Assembly (NCBI RefSeq): GCF_000143415.4
Contig: NW_003314422.1
Span: 133,140-197,139 of the forward strand
DNA from: Selaginella moellendorffii
Lineage: Eukaryota; Plantae; Lycopodiophyta
Direction: 5' to 3'
Length of the DNA stretch: 64,000 nt
Part shown: positions 1 to 12,341 of the stretch, in pieces
Layout of the letters: each line of letters begins with the position of its first letter
Numbering within the stretch: the first letter of the stretch is position 1
Program-made: the position numbers and the translations under genes
The notes under the pieces: model-generated
What the model saw: only the letters and a program-made list of their open reading frames with translations
Told to the model about the DNA's origin: nothing
Databases searched by the model: none

Positions 1-2700
1 AACATTCCAGTCAACCATGTCTACGCGAGGGGACCTTTGGATGTTAATAGACTTATTTTGGCCTGCCAAAAGATCAATGAGTAAGTTTTATAGTTTTACC
101 TCTAACTCCACTTGTTTTGTTGTGTTTAAATGTAGGCTTAGGCAGTTTGCTGTTCAAAAACAAAACCTTATCCATGATATTGATCAACTTCGATTTTTGG
201 CAGACTTGAGTGAGGGTGACATCTGCCAACATTATGGTGATGATCTCACAACACTTGTTCGGCACTCACGCACTCGAAATGATGGTACAACTTGGTTCAA
301 CAGCCCAATCAATTTTATGCTCATTGTATGGTGTAAGGTATGTCTTTCCCTTTTATTTTATAAAAGCCTCTTTTAATTGTTTTGGTTTTTAGCCTTTGGT
401 GAAGGTTAAGCAAGATGTTTATGAACTTGCATATCTAGAGAAGAGTCGGGAAGAGCTCTCAGCTGAGTTCGTACAAATTGAGCACAAAATTTAGCATGCA
501 AAATCCTTAAAATTGAAGAAATTAGTATGCATTGCAGACAATCGTAGACTGAAGGAGTGGCTAGAGACTATAGCCAAAATTTCTTCTCATGAAAGTAAGT
601 TTTTTATCACACTTCATTTTTCTCAATTATGCATATGTTACTTTTGTAGTGAACAAAACTCCAGATGACATGATTTACAATATTGCAAAATTGAAGCTTC
701 CATATAAGCAACAGATAAAGACTCTTGAGTTCCTCAATGTCTGCTTGATGAACAAAAAGAAAGGACTGCCTGAACTATTTGAGAACATGATGAGAAGGGT
801 TGTTTACATCATGCAAACTATAAGTGAAGTTCTTGGCACCACATATTGGTGACGATCTAGATGGCACATTCATATCTTTCGACACCTACATCAACACGTC
901 ATTGGAAGGGATTGAAAAGGGGTGGCTGCCAGAAAAGTTTACAAGCACAACAACTTATGATTGCCAACATGGTCAACCTTATTTCATGCGACGTGCATCT
1001 TACAGGTATAATATGATTTCTAAGATTGTTTTTTAATATATATTGTTTGCAAGTATCTTCAATATAGAGGCATGCCATTTGAGGCACTAGTTTGCACTTG
1101 ACTTGTTGCAAAGGGTGTAAGGGATGAAGGAATGTACCCAACAATGTTTGCAAGAGTTCCGAAGGCACGGAAGATAGAATGCCATTGGGAGTTGGAGCTC
1201 CTGGGGAAGGAGACCTCTACATTAGATCACAAGGAAGTTGTTAATGCTAGGAACGATGGCAATGCAAGTGATGATGGAGACGAGGATGAGGAAGCTCCAA
1301 ATCAAGTTTGTGTTCCACCACTAGACAGCTAAGATCAAGCTCCAGTTCAACCATCAAACAACCAAGATCTGGATCATGTTCTACCAGTAAATAATGATGA
1401 TCAAGTGGTTCACAGAATATCATGTTGACCTCAAGGTAAACAAAAGTGAATTTTACAAACTAAAGGTGGTAATACATGTTTTTTGCAACAATGACTGTTG
1501 GTAGTAATTTCATTCCAGCTCGACGAGATGCTCATGAAGAGGAGTTAGAGGAACTCTCATCGACAACACGCCATATGACAGTAACACACCATTTATTGCT
1601 TTTTTCATTCACTTAGCTCTTTTATAAGCCCGTCCTATGTCCCTAATAACACAACGAGGCATTGTGGGTATCTTCATTGGCTCTTATAGTAGATTGTTGA
1701 CATTTTTCATGGAAGATGACATCAACATAAATATACGGCACTAATTCAATTGTTGGTGCCGAAAGATACAAAGGCCTTTGCTCCCTGTTGCGGACTTCAT
1801 TCTCTTCGACTTTCTAGATGGTCTTTCAAATATCGATAGGAAAGTTGAGGATTGGAACTTTCTCAGACCTGACCACATATGCGATGCATTCTTATTGTCC
1901 AAAGCACTTATGCTTGAAGTTGGCCATGTTGTCTTCATCCTACCGAACGACCCCAACTAAATGTATGAGCTTATGACGTGCGCAGCAGAAGTTCATTTCA
2001 ATTCATTCTCTTCCGGGTTTATTATGAATCCTATTGGCATTGATGTGAGGGGCGTCTAAGGGAAACCTAAAAAGGTGAGTATGTATTTTATATTTTTATT
2101 TAATTTCTAAACATTTTTATTTTCCAAGTTATGATGTGGACCTTCATGCCTTCTGCAAAAACACACAAGATGGGTTTCGTGATAGCAAACGTGCAGCACA
2201 TGTTTTGCCTAGGTATGACAGTTCCACTAACATCATACCCAACCTTGTGGATGAGCAGATCCACAACACGTTTCTAGGGTATGGATTTTGAACTCTATTG
2301 GCAATGCAAGTCTTGCTTGAGCTCTATTGCACACTAGATGGTGTTGTGATTGATTGCATAGCAGGTAGCGGTTTTATGGTGGAGGCAGCACGTGACTTTA
2401 GTAGGTCGGTGTTTGCTATTGAAGAACATCATTTCTTCAAATGCCGGCTCAGAGGATTTCATGAGTTGCCTCCAACCTTAAAGAGATAAATTATGTTTAT
2501 TAAAATTTCAATATATGTTTAATTCTATTTTATAGATCACAATCACTTGGAGTTTCTAGAATTGGAGGCTTTGGAAGTCTCTTTGACTATGCAGAAACCA
2601 TGGCTCAACATATGTAAGGTGAATCTTCCCCACAATACCAATATAGGAGGAAGTATAAAAGAAATCATTATGTTGATGATGAGGCAAAAGAAAGTTAATT
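1..2700 (+). pseudogene. Degenerate multi-exon gene: ParB/Srx-like N-terminal motif plus beta-class N6-adenine/N4-cytosine DNA methyltransferase-like C-terminal domain, probably transposon-borne
   Basis: 522-563 reads LVCIADNRRLKEWL (decayed GNHRLxAW). 1778-1957 reads ADFILFDFLDG...KALMLEVGHVVFIL (motif IV- and VI-like). 2298-2489 reads LLELYCTLDGVVIDCIAGSGFMVEAARDFSRSVFAIEE (motifs X-I-II, SAM-binding). Motif IV precedes motif I, which is the beta-class order. Several in-frame stops and AT-rich GT-AG introns are present. Boundaries are approximate. Confidence 0.6.
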
Positions 2701-4699
2701 GCATCCTTACATAAAATAGAAAGCTTGTTATATATTAGATGTTAGTGAAAGTGTCAAATGTCAGTAAAATTGTTAGATGTCAGTGTCAATGTCAGATATC
2801 ATAATTGCAAATTATCATTCTTACTTATCACCATCACTTTGTAGCGTTAGTGTGTTGCCATCTCCTTCTTCAACATTTTGTAAACAATTGTATGTGATAT
2901 GATAGCACCTTTTAGAACAAGGTATATTACCTACAACTAATATCATTTTATTATATTTTTTCTTTTAATAGTGACAATACTATAGTATAGTAAGTAATTC
3001 TAGATTTTACATTCCACTATAGGGTGGCCTAAAAACTCTATATTTTGCACTAGCCGATATAATGTTTCCCAAGAGGATGTTATTCCTCACCATGAAGCGA
3101 TAGTGGGTATATGTCTGTAACTCATTCTTGAATCTATTATACATCCATACATGCACATTTTCCAAACCCGCCGTTGGGCAATTCCTACAGTGCTCAAGAA
3201 AAGTTTGTAAACCATTTGTCTTGTCCAAGAAAAAATAGCATATTGGACACTGAATGTAATAGTTCTGCCATGTCAGGAGCAAGATCTTGCAAAAACATGT
3301 GGCATTGCTCTTGAAGCGTTGGAGGCAATCCCTCTCTAGTAGTAAGATTCAGAATTTTACATATAGGGAGCTCTAGTTCAACTTCACGAGAGCCCTCAGC
3401 AGAAAAAGAATTGTTATGTGGAAGTGAAGGTGGAATGTTAGTAGAATTTGGGGATGGAGGTAGAGATTAATATAAAATTCTGGGGGGCCAAATATGAGTA
3501 GCAATGACTCTCCTTTGAGCCATTTCAATAGAAACTCAAGGAGAACAAAAAAACCTACAATGTCTATAGCTTTTCTAGATAGTTTATATACTAAGTTTTA
3601 GTCTTGATAATGAGGTTTATTTATTATGACACTGACAATACTCAGATTCTTTAAATGTTAGTCTTGGAAATGGGGCTTCATAATCATAGCTTTCTTGTAA
3701 ACATAAGAGCTTCTAGAATTTTAGATTATCGTGTATACACATGCTCTATCATTATGATGAATCTTACTTTGCTACACATATATTCTTTTCTACACATGCC
3801 AAATGTCTAGGGAAATAAACTACAAGGAAATATAAACTACATTATAATGGCAAAGCACATTGGCATGCTACTATTCTCTCATGTGAGATTCCCATTCAGT
3901 CTTGGAAATGTAGATAAAGTTGATTCTTTGATGTGATATTACTTTTGAGTCTTTCGAAAGATTTCGATTTTTTTTATTATTATTTACGAACAATTCCTGA
4001 AAAATTTTAATGAGGATTCACTGCAAAATATACCTTGGTCTTATTATATGAGAGGATTGCGATATAGGCAGGCAACAGAGTTTTTAATATGAATTAATAT
4101 ATAAATTACAAATGTCATAGAAAGTTTTCTTGGTGCTTTCTACCGTGCTATTCATTTCTTCATTTCTCTTGCTCTAGACTATTGTTTCAAAAGTAACAAG
4201 AGCATTTTTATCAATCGTGATAGTGGTCTCCACATTCCCAGATGGGTAATAAGGACCAAGAATGTAATATGAAGATTATGGTAGTGAAATAAAATTAGCA
4301 TTCTCACATTCCTTTGCACTACAACTCTTACTCACAGATTTTGTATTTTCCTTGCTTCCCATCTTCTCAAGAACCCTAAAAAATCTTTTGAATGAACGAA
4401 TAGTATCTACAGTTGTAAAAGTATTCAAAATATTAAGTAGTCAAATCAAATATAACAGTTGTAACAGTTGTCATAATAAAATAATATAGTTTTATAAAAG
4501 ATAGGTTCTCATGAACTTTGTCTTTTTTAAACATTTCAATCTTATAGAAACTTTAACCTCAGATATTTACATATTTTAATATTTTAAAGTTTGCTAAAAC
4601 CTTTATTTGTTCAATTTAGATTTCCTTTGTAATACTTTTTATTGACTATGTTGACTTGAGATGACTTGTGTTGAATTGAGCTCAACTCAACTTTGGATT

Positions 4700-7300
4700 A
4701 TCCATGTTACTAACAACCGTGATGCTATGGAAAGTCTGAAGTATGAAATTGTCCAGATTAAACCATATGGCAATTAGAAAGCTTGTGAAAGGAGAGGCTT
4801 TAGTAAGCTAAGGGACAAAGTTCCTTCAAGGTTCCCAAAGATAATGCTAAGTAGCTTAGTACCTAGAAAGCCAAGGGTAAATGGTTCATAGAACACATGA
4901 AATCAGAGTGATATAACAGAAGCGTGGTCTTGAAGCTTGCCATGAGGCAATGCTATCAATGTTGGGGAAGTAATTCCTGAGTGTTCAAAGGGATGGCTTT
5001 GAACGAAAGTTGATGATCAAGGACTTTCACGCTTATGCATGAAACTAGGTTACGTTGGTCGAATGACTTGCTAAGCGGGATTGGCAAGTCAGGGGAACAA
5101 ACCCCCTATTTGAAGGTGCTAACTTCAAAAGAGGTGGACTATGGGGCCAAGCATGGAGGAGTCTATGCATGATCATAGACTTGTCAAGTGAGAGGACTTA
5201 GCAATGCGGTGGAACTAGGTTCCTAAGCTGTGATTTGTAGCGCACTTCAAGTATAAGTTGGTGCACTGGTAGGGAGACACGCCAGGCATCATGGGTGATG
5301 CCGTCCATAAATGCATATACAGAAGTTGAGTTCAAGTCCCAACCCTCTAGTGCTTAGGTTCGAGTCCTAACTCACTAGAGCGTGGTGATGGTTTAGAATA
5401 TGAGGACACTCATTTTTCAGTGGTCATGGACTCTCAGTAAGGAGATTGGCTTGGGCACACCGCTAAGCGGGGGATGCTTTGGAGTCATGATGCATGGTTA
5501 GATTGCTTAGTGTGGCTTGGCATATCTAACTTGAACACTTTGGTGCAAGTGGCACCAAGGACGTGGTGAAAGAGATGGGGACACCCAGTTTTAGTTGCTA
5601 TGGACCCTTGGCCGGAAGGGTTGGCTTGGGTGCACCACCAAGTGTGGGGGATGCCCCTGGGGTCATGGTGAACAACTTAAAGGTTTAGAAGACTTAATAC
5701 CTATTGGCAAACCTATTAGGTTAGATCACTAAGTGATTTTATGGTTAAAACAAGGATAAAATCCTTATGAGGTTAAGGAATAAGGTTCCTAGTTCAAAGT
5801 GTTGATTTGAACTATTGATGATGGTGTGGTTCGGTCAAGGTGACCAAGTAGGAAGAACACATAAAGGAAATAAACTGTGACAATGCGATGGCATAATGAG
5901 TCCAAAGAAAGTAGTCTCTATAAGAGATCTATGGGAGGGTCACAAAGTTGGGTCGAGGATAGAGCCCACAGTAGAAAATGCTAAAGAGATGTAATAGGGG
6001 TGAACACCCTTTGGACTTTGCAAAGTAAAGTCTTTGCTATAGAACCGAAAGGATACCTCAAGAATGGAGGTAGCGATCCTATGTTGTTAAGTGCAATAAT
6101 CAAGGATAAAAGCAAAAGACTAGTGGCTAAGAAAAGAGCCATAGGAATCATGGAAAAGAATCCAAATGGCAAAATTAAGCCAATAACACTAATGTATTGG
6201 GTGCTAACAGATTGTGGGGAAGGCCATGTGTTTCCAAAGACGGATTCCCAATTACTCCGATTTGGCAAAAGTGGAAGTTCCAAGGGAGGGAATGATAAAA
6301 TAACCAAATGATAGGGCCGTGGACAACCCTAGCACAAATTATGATAATTAAAATTTGGTGCCAAAAGTGGCACGAAATAGAAGAGAGGATGATGATGCCC
6401 TCAAGTAGAAAACTTTTTAGAATAGGGAAGTGAAATTGCACAATATGTGCAATGCAAGTGTCAGAGACACCTAGGAAATTGACTTTGAGAAGTCAAAATT
6501 AAAAGTTCCAAAGTGCAAATGTTATATCAATGGAAACTGAGACTATTCGAGAATGAGTAGTAGGATTGAAATAGAGAAGATGTCTCTAACAGGTTTAATG
6601 AGAACTAAAGCAATAAAAGGAGAAAACCACCACAAGTGGGTGAATGAGTCTTTAAAATTGGAGAGACTATGCTCCTTAGAGGATGGGCAAGGCATGGTGA
6701 GCTTTTGGTATCAAACTATTGACAAATATTGGCAAGGTGCCAAGGATCGAAAGGGTAATACATGTTGGTATTACTTTATAAATTAATTTATTGTTCGATG
6801 AGAACATCGAACTTCATCTATGGGTGGTGGAGTTGTGAGACACAAAATTCCTAGGCCCCAAAGGGGAGCCAAAAGGGTGTGGGTGATGGGATGACCACTG
6901 GGAAGTCCAAAGCTAAAATGAATACGAACTGACAAGCGGGGTAACTTGGTGAAGTGTTCAAGAGTCGGCTCTAGTTCCCCCGGGAAATCGAATGGTCGAT
7001 GCTCCTAATCCAAACGTGGTGGCACTACCTACTTGGATACCTGGTGTGGCTTAACGGAACCTTGCTCTAAGCCCATGGCTAGAGCACCCAAAGGCAGAAG
7101 GCAGGAAGAGTACCCACGAGGCTTGTGTAGGGCCACGGTGTTCCGAAATGTTGTTGCAAAGGCCCAGACTATGGAAAGGAAGAAGAATAATCCTTTAATG
7201 TAGTAACCAAGGATACAATCATGTGGTGAGGAAGTCCCAAAGGACCATAGGATTTAGTGGTCAGGTTTATGGACCTTGATCTAGTGGCAGTGTTAACGAA
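4700..7300 (+). mobile_element. Highly degenerate LTR retrotransposon remnant (probably Ty3/gypsy) with PPT and start of a 3' LTR at 6834
   Basis: Purine-rich decayed ORF fragments at 5980-6790. Polypurine-like GGGTGGTGGAG directly precedes TGTGAGAC at 6834. Internal direct repeats at ~5425-5495 and ~5600-5670. Boundaries are approximate. Confidence 0.5.
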
Positions 7301-9200
7301 CATGGCCATGGACAGAAAGGGACTTGGTGGGGACTGGAAAAGAGATATTGGGGAAGGTTATTCCCCATGTCTACGGGTATCCTAAGGATGCTAAAGAGTG
7401 GATTTGGGGTGATCACTCATGGACAGATGGCTCAATCTTTGAGAGACAAGACTGCAATGTAGATGGTGTGGGACCACTGGTGAGACCAAGGTGAATGAGT
7501 ATGACTTTAGTGTAACAGACTGATATGTCGGTGGTACCTTGGGGTGTCGGTTATGGGATCGGACACGTGGAGCACTTGGACCAAATGCAAAGGTTGAGTG
7601 GCATGGATGTCATTCTTGGGGTTAGCAAGCCCCAAGTCCTAAATTGGACTTATGGAGGTTGTGAATGAGACTCCTTCAAATGGTTGAAGATGTGGTTAAG
7701 TGACTAAAGTAGAATAGAAAAATTAGTCGCTTACAATATCCCCCCATTTAACAGTTTGCCTAAATTAGCCTCCCTGGCAAAAAGCCCATAATAACAAAAT
7801 ATAAATGTCCCTATACCCCTCACCTCACCACGCTCTAGTATGGGTTGGGATTTGAATCTAATCTTGCTTCACTAAAAGGTTGGGACTCAAACCCAACCTC
7901 TGTAGAATACGTCTACGGATTCGACATCTTTGCAAGGAGTCGGGTGTAGTTCCATACACATGGTCGACATAGCTAACCCATACTAATTAGTTTATCTTCG
8001 ACATGCCTTTGGGTCCCAATATATGACATTGCTCAATTTCTTAAATGATACTTTAATTGAATTTTGCATAAATACACAAAGTTCTACCTTGCAAAAATTC
8101 CTTCACTAAATTTCACATGTTCGCTAGGTTCTTCTTCAATTCCCATGTTGCTTTGCAATGTAGAAATCTTTTCCACTTCACATGGAACTCCTTCACTTTA
8201 CATCCTTGTTGCTTGCTTTTATCCGCATTGAAAATGGTTTCGACTTCATATTCCTCTTCCCTTTAAATAACCTCAAGTAAAGGTTTTATGCGAAGTTCAA
8301 AGTATAGCTTGAGCAAATTCATGTGGAACAGAGAGTGCATCTTCCCCACCTCCCGAGGAAGTCAAAGGCAATAAGCCATTTTACCAATTCGAGCCTCAAT
8401 CTCATAAGGCCCCGTGAACCTGCTTAAAAAACTCAAGATTAGTTCATTTCTAGGAATACATGCATTTTACCTTTGGGTCAATTTCTTGTTAATTCCACTT
8501 AATAACCTTAAGTTTTTAGTGTTTAACCACACCTTATCTTTAGGTTGGAATTCTACATCCTGACACTTTTAGTTTGCATATTTAATTTGCTTTTGTTAAG
8601 CCCATTCCAAGGAATCCTTCATTAAATTCCAAATGTTAAGTCTTTTTGTCATGAATGCCTCCATTCCATAATACTTGACTATGTTTGCCATGAATGCCTT
8701 CATTCCATGATATTTGACTATGCTGAGTTAGAACCTTCAATAGCTCACCCATTAATGACTTCCCATGGACTTACCCCAATACTCGAATATAGTGAGTTAT
8801 TATAGCACATTTCCACAAGTTTTAAATGACTTACCCAATCAATCTGGTTTCTAAAGACATAGCATCGCAAATAATCCTCTAACTACCTATTCACCATTTT
8901 TATTTGTCCATTTGTCAAGAAGTATTATTACCATCAATCTTGACTTAATACCTAATACCTTTCTATGGGTGATAGGTGATGCTAAATTTCAATTTGGTGC
9001 AATATTATTTCAGAAAAGTTCTCAAGAACCTATGGGTGAAGATCTTATCTCGATCTGAGATAATCTTTTTTAGCTTTCCCTGCATATGAACCACTTGTTT
9101 GAAGAACAATTTTGCCACATCTTTCACATCCACTCCCATTGTGATGGGTATAAAATGTGCTATCTTTGAAAACTAATCCACCACCATGAATATTTCATTT
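7300..9200 (-). mobile_element. Ty3/gypsy retrotransposon remnant: integrase, PPT and start of 3' LTR
   Basis: The minus strand reads IFMVVD*FSKIAHFIP...VAKLFFKQVV...KIISDRDKIFTHRF, then TNGQIKMVNR*LEDYLRCYV...CYNNS, then RFTGPYEI (GPY/F motif). PPT TGGGGGGATAT at ~7736-7746 is followed by TGTAAGCGAC starting at 7735. Confidence 0.85.
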
Positions 9201-9810
9201 ACTTTTGAAGTATGAAGGTGCATCTTTTGCAGCAAGGTTTGAAATACTTGGTTGCTTTGACCTTGTGGATTATAACCACTCTTAAGTGCATTCCAAGCCT
9301 CCATAGATTTCAGATTACAAAAACTTGCACAACTAAAACCATAAATATAGAATAAAAATATATCAAATAAGTAACTAATATCTTACCACTTAAAATCTAG
9401 CATTTTGTATATCAAATGTGAATAGTTTTTCTTGTTTCCACTTACATGACTTTGCTATCAAGAACAGGCACACTTGTTCTTCCATTAGGAATGCAACTTG
9501 TTAGAAATTTCATTTTAGTATCTAAGTCAAAAACATATACCATAACCATTGGTCAAATTGGTGCCATCAGCCAAGCTTCCACACATATGTCTATCGTATA
9601 ACTAACAACTCAATTGATGGTTTTTAAAGCTAGAGCAATGAATATTTCAACCTTGTTTCAGTGATTTAAGACAATGTGCCATAAACAGCCAACTCAGCAC
9701 CGTTGGATTTTGTAAAGATCGACGGCTGCGGTTTGCGAAGGGTTCTAGCTTGCATTTTCTGTGTTGGATCGCGTTCTAGGGCGTTGGATCGTCCTGAAGG
9801 ATGTCAGGCG

Positions 9811-11980
9811 ATGGCGTCTTTCTCTGCATCGAATACTGGAAGTGTCCGCATCGCCTAGTCCCGGTCGATCGCCTGTGAGTTGTTTTTGGTTGGAACCAAC
9901 AATGCAGAGTTGTCAATCTTCACCCTGATCTCTATTGTGTAGTTCAACTGTTCTTCGGATCGTTCGCTGATTGGCAATCAGCGAGCTGACGGTCCTCCAT
10001 TATTTTAACTCTTTAGAGTCTTTGGTGCTCATCTGCAGGAAACATAAGCCAAATCAGCTCAATTGCAATTCGGAATAGTGACTACTTCCCAAGAGCTATT
10101 AGACGAAGCAGAAATTATGAAGCGACTAGTACTCCAAGCAGAATCCGGGATTCGCAGAAAAGTTGCAAGCGCATTTTAACCGGTTGCTCACGAGATGAAA
10201 TTTCGATTCAAGTTAGATATTGGAGCTGATTTTATTGATGGTCACAGGTATACTTTGGATGTGAATACAAAAAGACTTGACAACGCTCTCCTTCGGATTG
10301 CTGCAAATAGCTGAGAATCCCGACGTCAGATCCGTTTTCCATGTCCGAGTTGTTCAATTGAGCCCGCAGTTCTCTTGGTATGAGTCTTTTTTTTATTCAG
10401 ATACTCATGTTTCCGAAACGATGACATCTAGGTACAACAGAGATCGGATGAATTGATACCGGCGCCTGTCGAAAGAATCTCCACTGTAAGCTTTTGGATT
10501 TTCTTCTTCTTGCAGTAAGTGATTGAATTTTCGTGTGGTTGAAGTGTCCATCCACCGCCTGCTTTCGGTTGATCTCCTAACTTGGAGCTTTAGCCGACCT
10601 CAACAACTAACAATGATCGAGAGAGTGATGCGAACAATTCGCCGAGGTATGTCCTCCTACATCTATTTTATAACAGCCTCACCAGTTTTTATTCAGCTGT
10701 GGATATACTCGGATTTTGCATGCACGAGGTGACAATCTCAACGATCGATAAGCCTAAGCTTCTTAGTCGTAGAACTAAATATCCAAGTAGCACACGCCTT
10801 TTCTACATGCGATGGGTACTCACTTGATGTTTTCGTTGTAGACGGATGGTCATGCGAGGTATGTTGCTTCTTTTCCCTGTAATATCATGAGGCTCTAATT
10901 CTGATTTCAGTAGGATACTGAAGGCTTACAATCTGCATTGGAGCGTTTGAGGCATCACGTATTTTCAATGTGCTCATGAATCGTAATTACTGTTTGCTGT
11001 CGCAGAAAGAGGCCTGGATCAAGCCCAATCTGCATTCAAATGGTCTACGCAAGCAAGGCCATCTGAAAATTCCTTTTGATGGCAAGGATGATTGGGAAAT
11101 TGACAGTGACCACTCAGGCTACCGCACAAGGTCGCTTCTGGATCATTTGTAAGCTGGTCTCTTTCTTTTTTAGGTTGATGAGTATCGACGAGTTGTTGTA
11201 CAGGTATCGAGGTACATATTGTGGGTAAGATGTCGCAATAAAGGTCTCAAAGCGGGAACGCCCTGCAAAAAGAGTTTGCGCAGGAAGTTTTCAGCCTACG
11301 GTATCATTTACTGTTTTAATGCCACCAGATTTGTGCATAGTTACAGCCTTACAGGTAAGGTCGTTGCCAATGGTTGTGTGATTTCCTGCTTTTCAGAATA
11401 TTTGTCTGGGGGGAGTCTTTATGACTACCTGCACAAGCATCGGTCAGCTTTGAAGTTACCTCTAGTGCTCAGGCTTGGTATCGACGTGTCCAAGGGCATG
11501 GATTATCGACATCAAAACAACATTCTTCGTAGGGATTTCAAAGCAGCTAATCTGAGGATGAGAACGAGGTTCGGCAGAGATATCTTGATATGTTATGTTT
11601 GAAGGTTATTAGATTTTGTGGTTGTACGCATAATGACCGCAGAAACAGAGACTTATCGCTGGATGACACCGGAGGTAAACTCAGCCGTTTTTGTATAATG
11701 AACGATTGAAAGTTCGTGATCAGGTCATCGAGCATAAGCTGTATGACCAAAAAGCTGACATCTTCAGTCCTGGCATAGTGCTATGGTAACTTTTGACGGG
11801 CAAAGTATGTCTATTTCCAGTCACAAAATCGATCTCATGAAGTCCATGCTTAACGCAGCTGCCTTATGATTATCTTACGCCCCGCAGTTGCCGTCGTTCA
11901 AAAGTATTGGAAAGATGCTGGCAAGCAAATCCTGATGAGCGACCAGAATTTTGTTACTGCCAACGACAGGCTACAGGTAG
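9811..11980 (+). pseudogene. ACT-domain STY (Raf-like) Ser/Thr/Tyr kinase pseudogene, STY8/17/46-like
   Basis: Fragments [74 protein letters not shown]...GIDVSKGMDY, RRDFKAANL (decayed HRDLKAAN), MTAETETYRWMTPE, YDQKADIFS. Stops, deletions and frameshifts are present. Confidence 0.85.
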
Positions 11981-12341
11981 ATTGTAGTTTTGTAGGTTCA
12001 CGGCAATAGCAGGGAAACATGTGCTCGTTCTCGCGTGTCTGTTACGGTGGTTCGTTCAACGTGTGGTATCTCCGAGAGATGGTTGGTAGCAATAAGTCAC
12101 AGTAACTTTGCGCTTGAGAGTGCTGTTTAGTGGCATATCTCCATCTCGTGGCAGGGAAAATGAAGAAAGGAATGTCAGGGGGAGGAAAAAATTTCAGACA
12201 CATGCAAGTATGGTCCCCTAACAGATCTCGCACGGTTGGACTGAAGCGAAGGATAAGCTTGCTTGAAATGTTGGAAGTTGGTCATATTAAGTGCCAAGGG
12301 TGTTATAAACCGGACTCAAAGTTGCCTGGAGGAGCACATCC

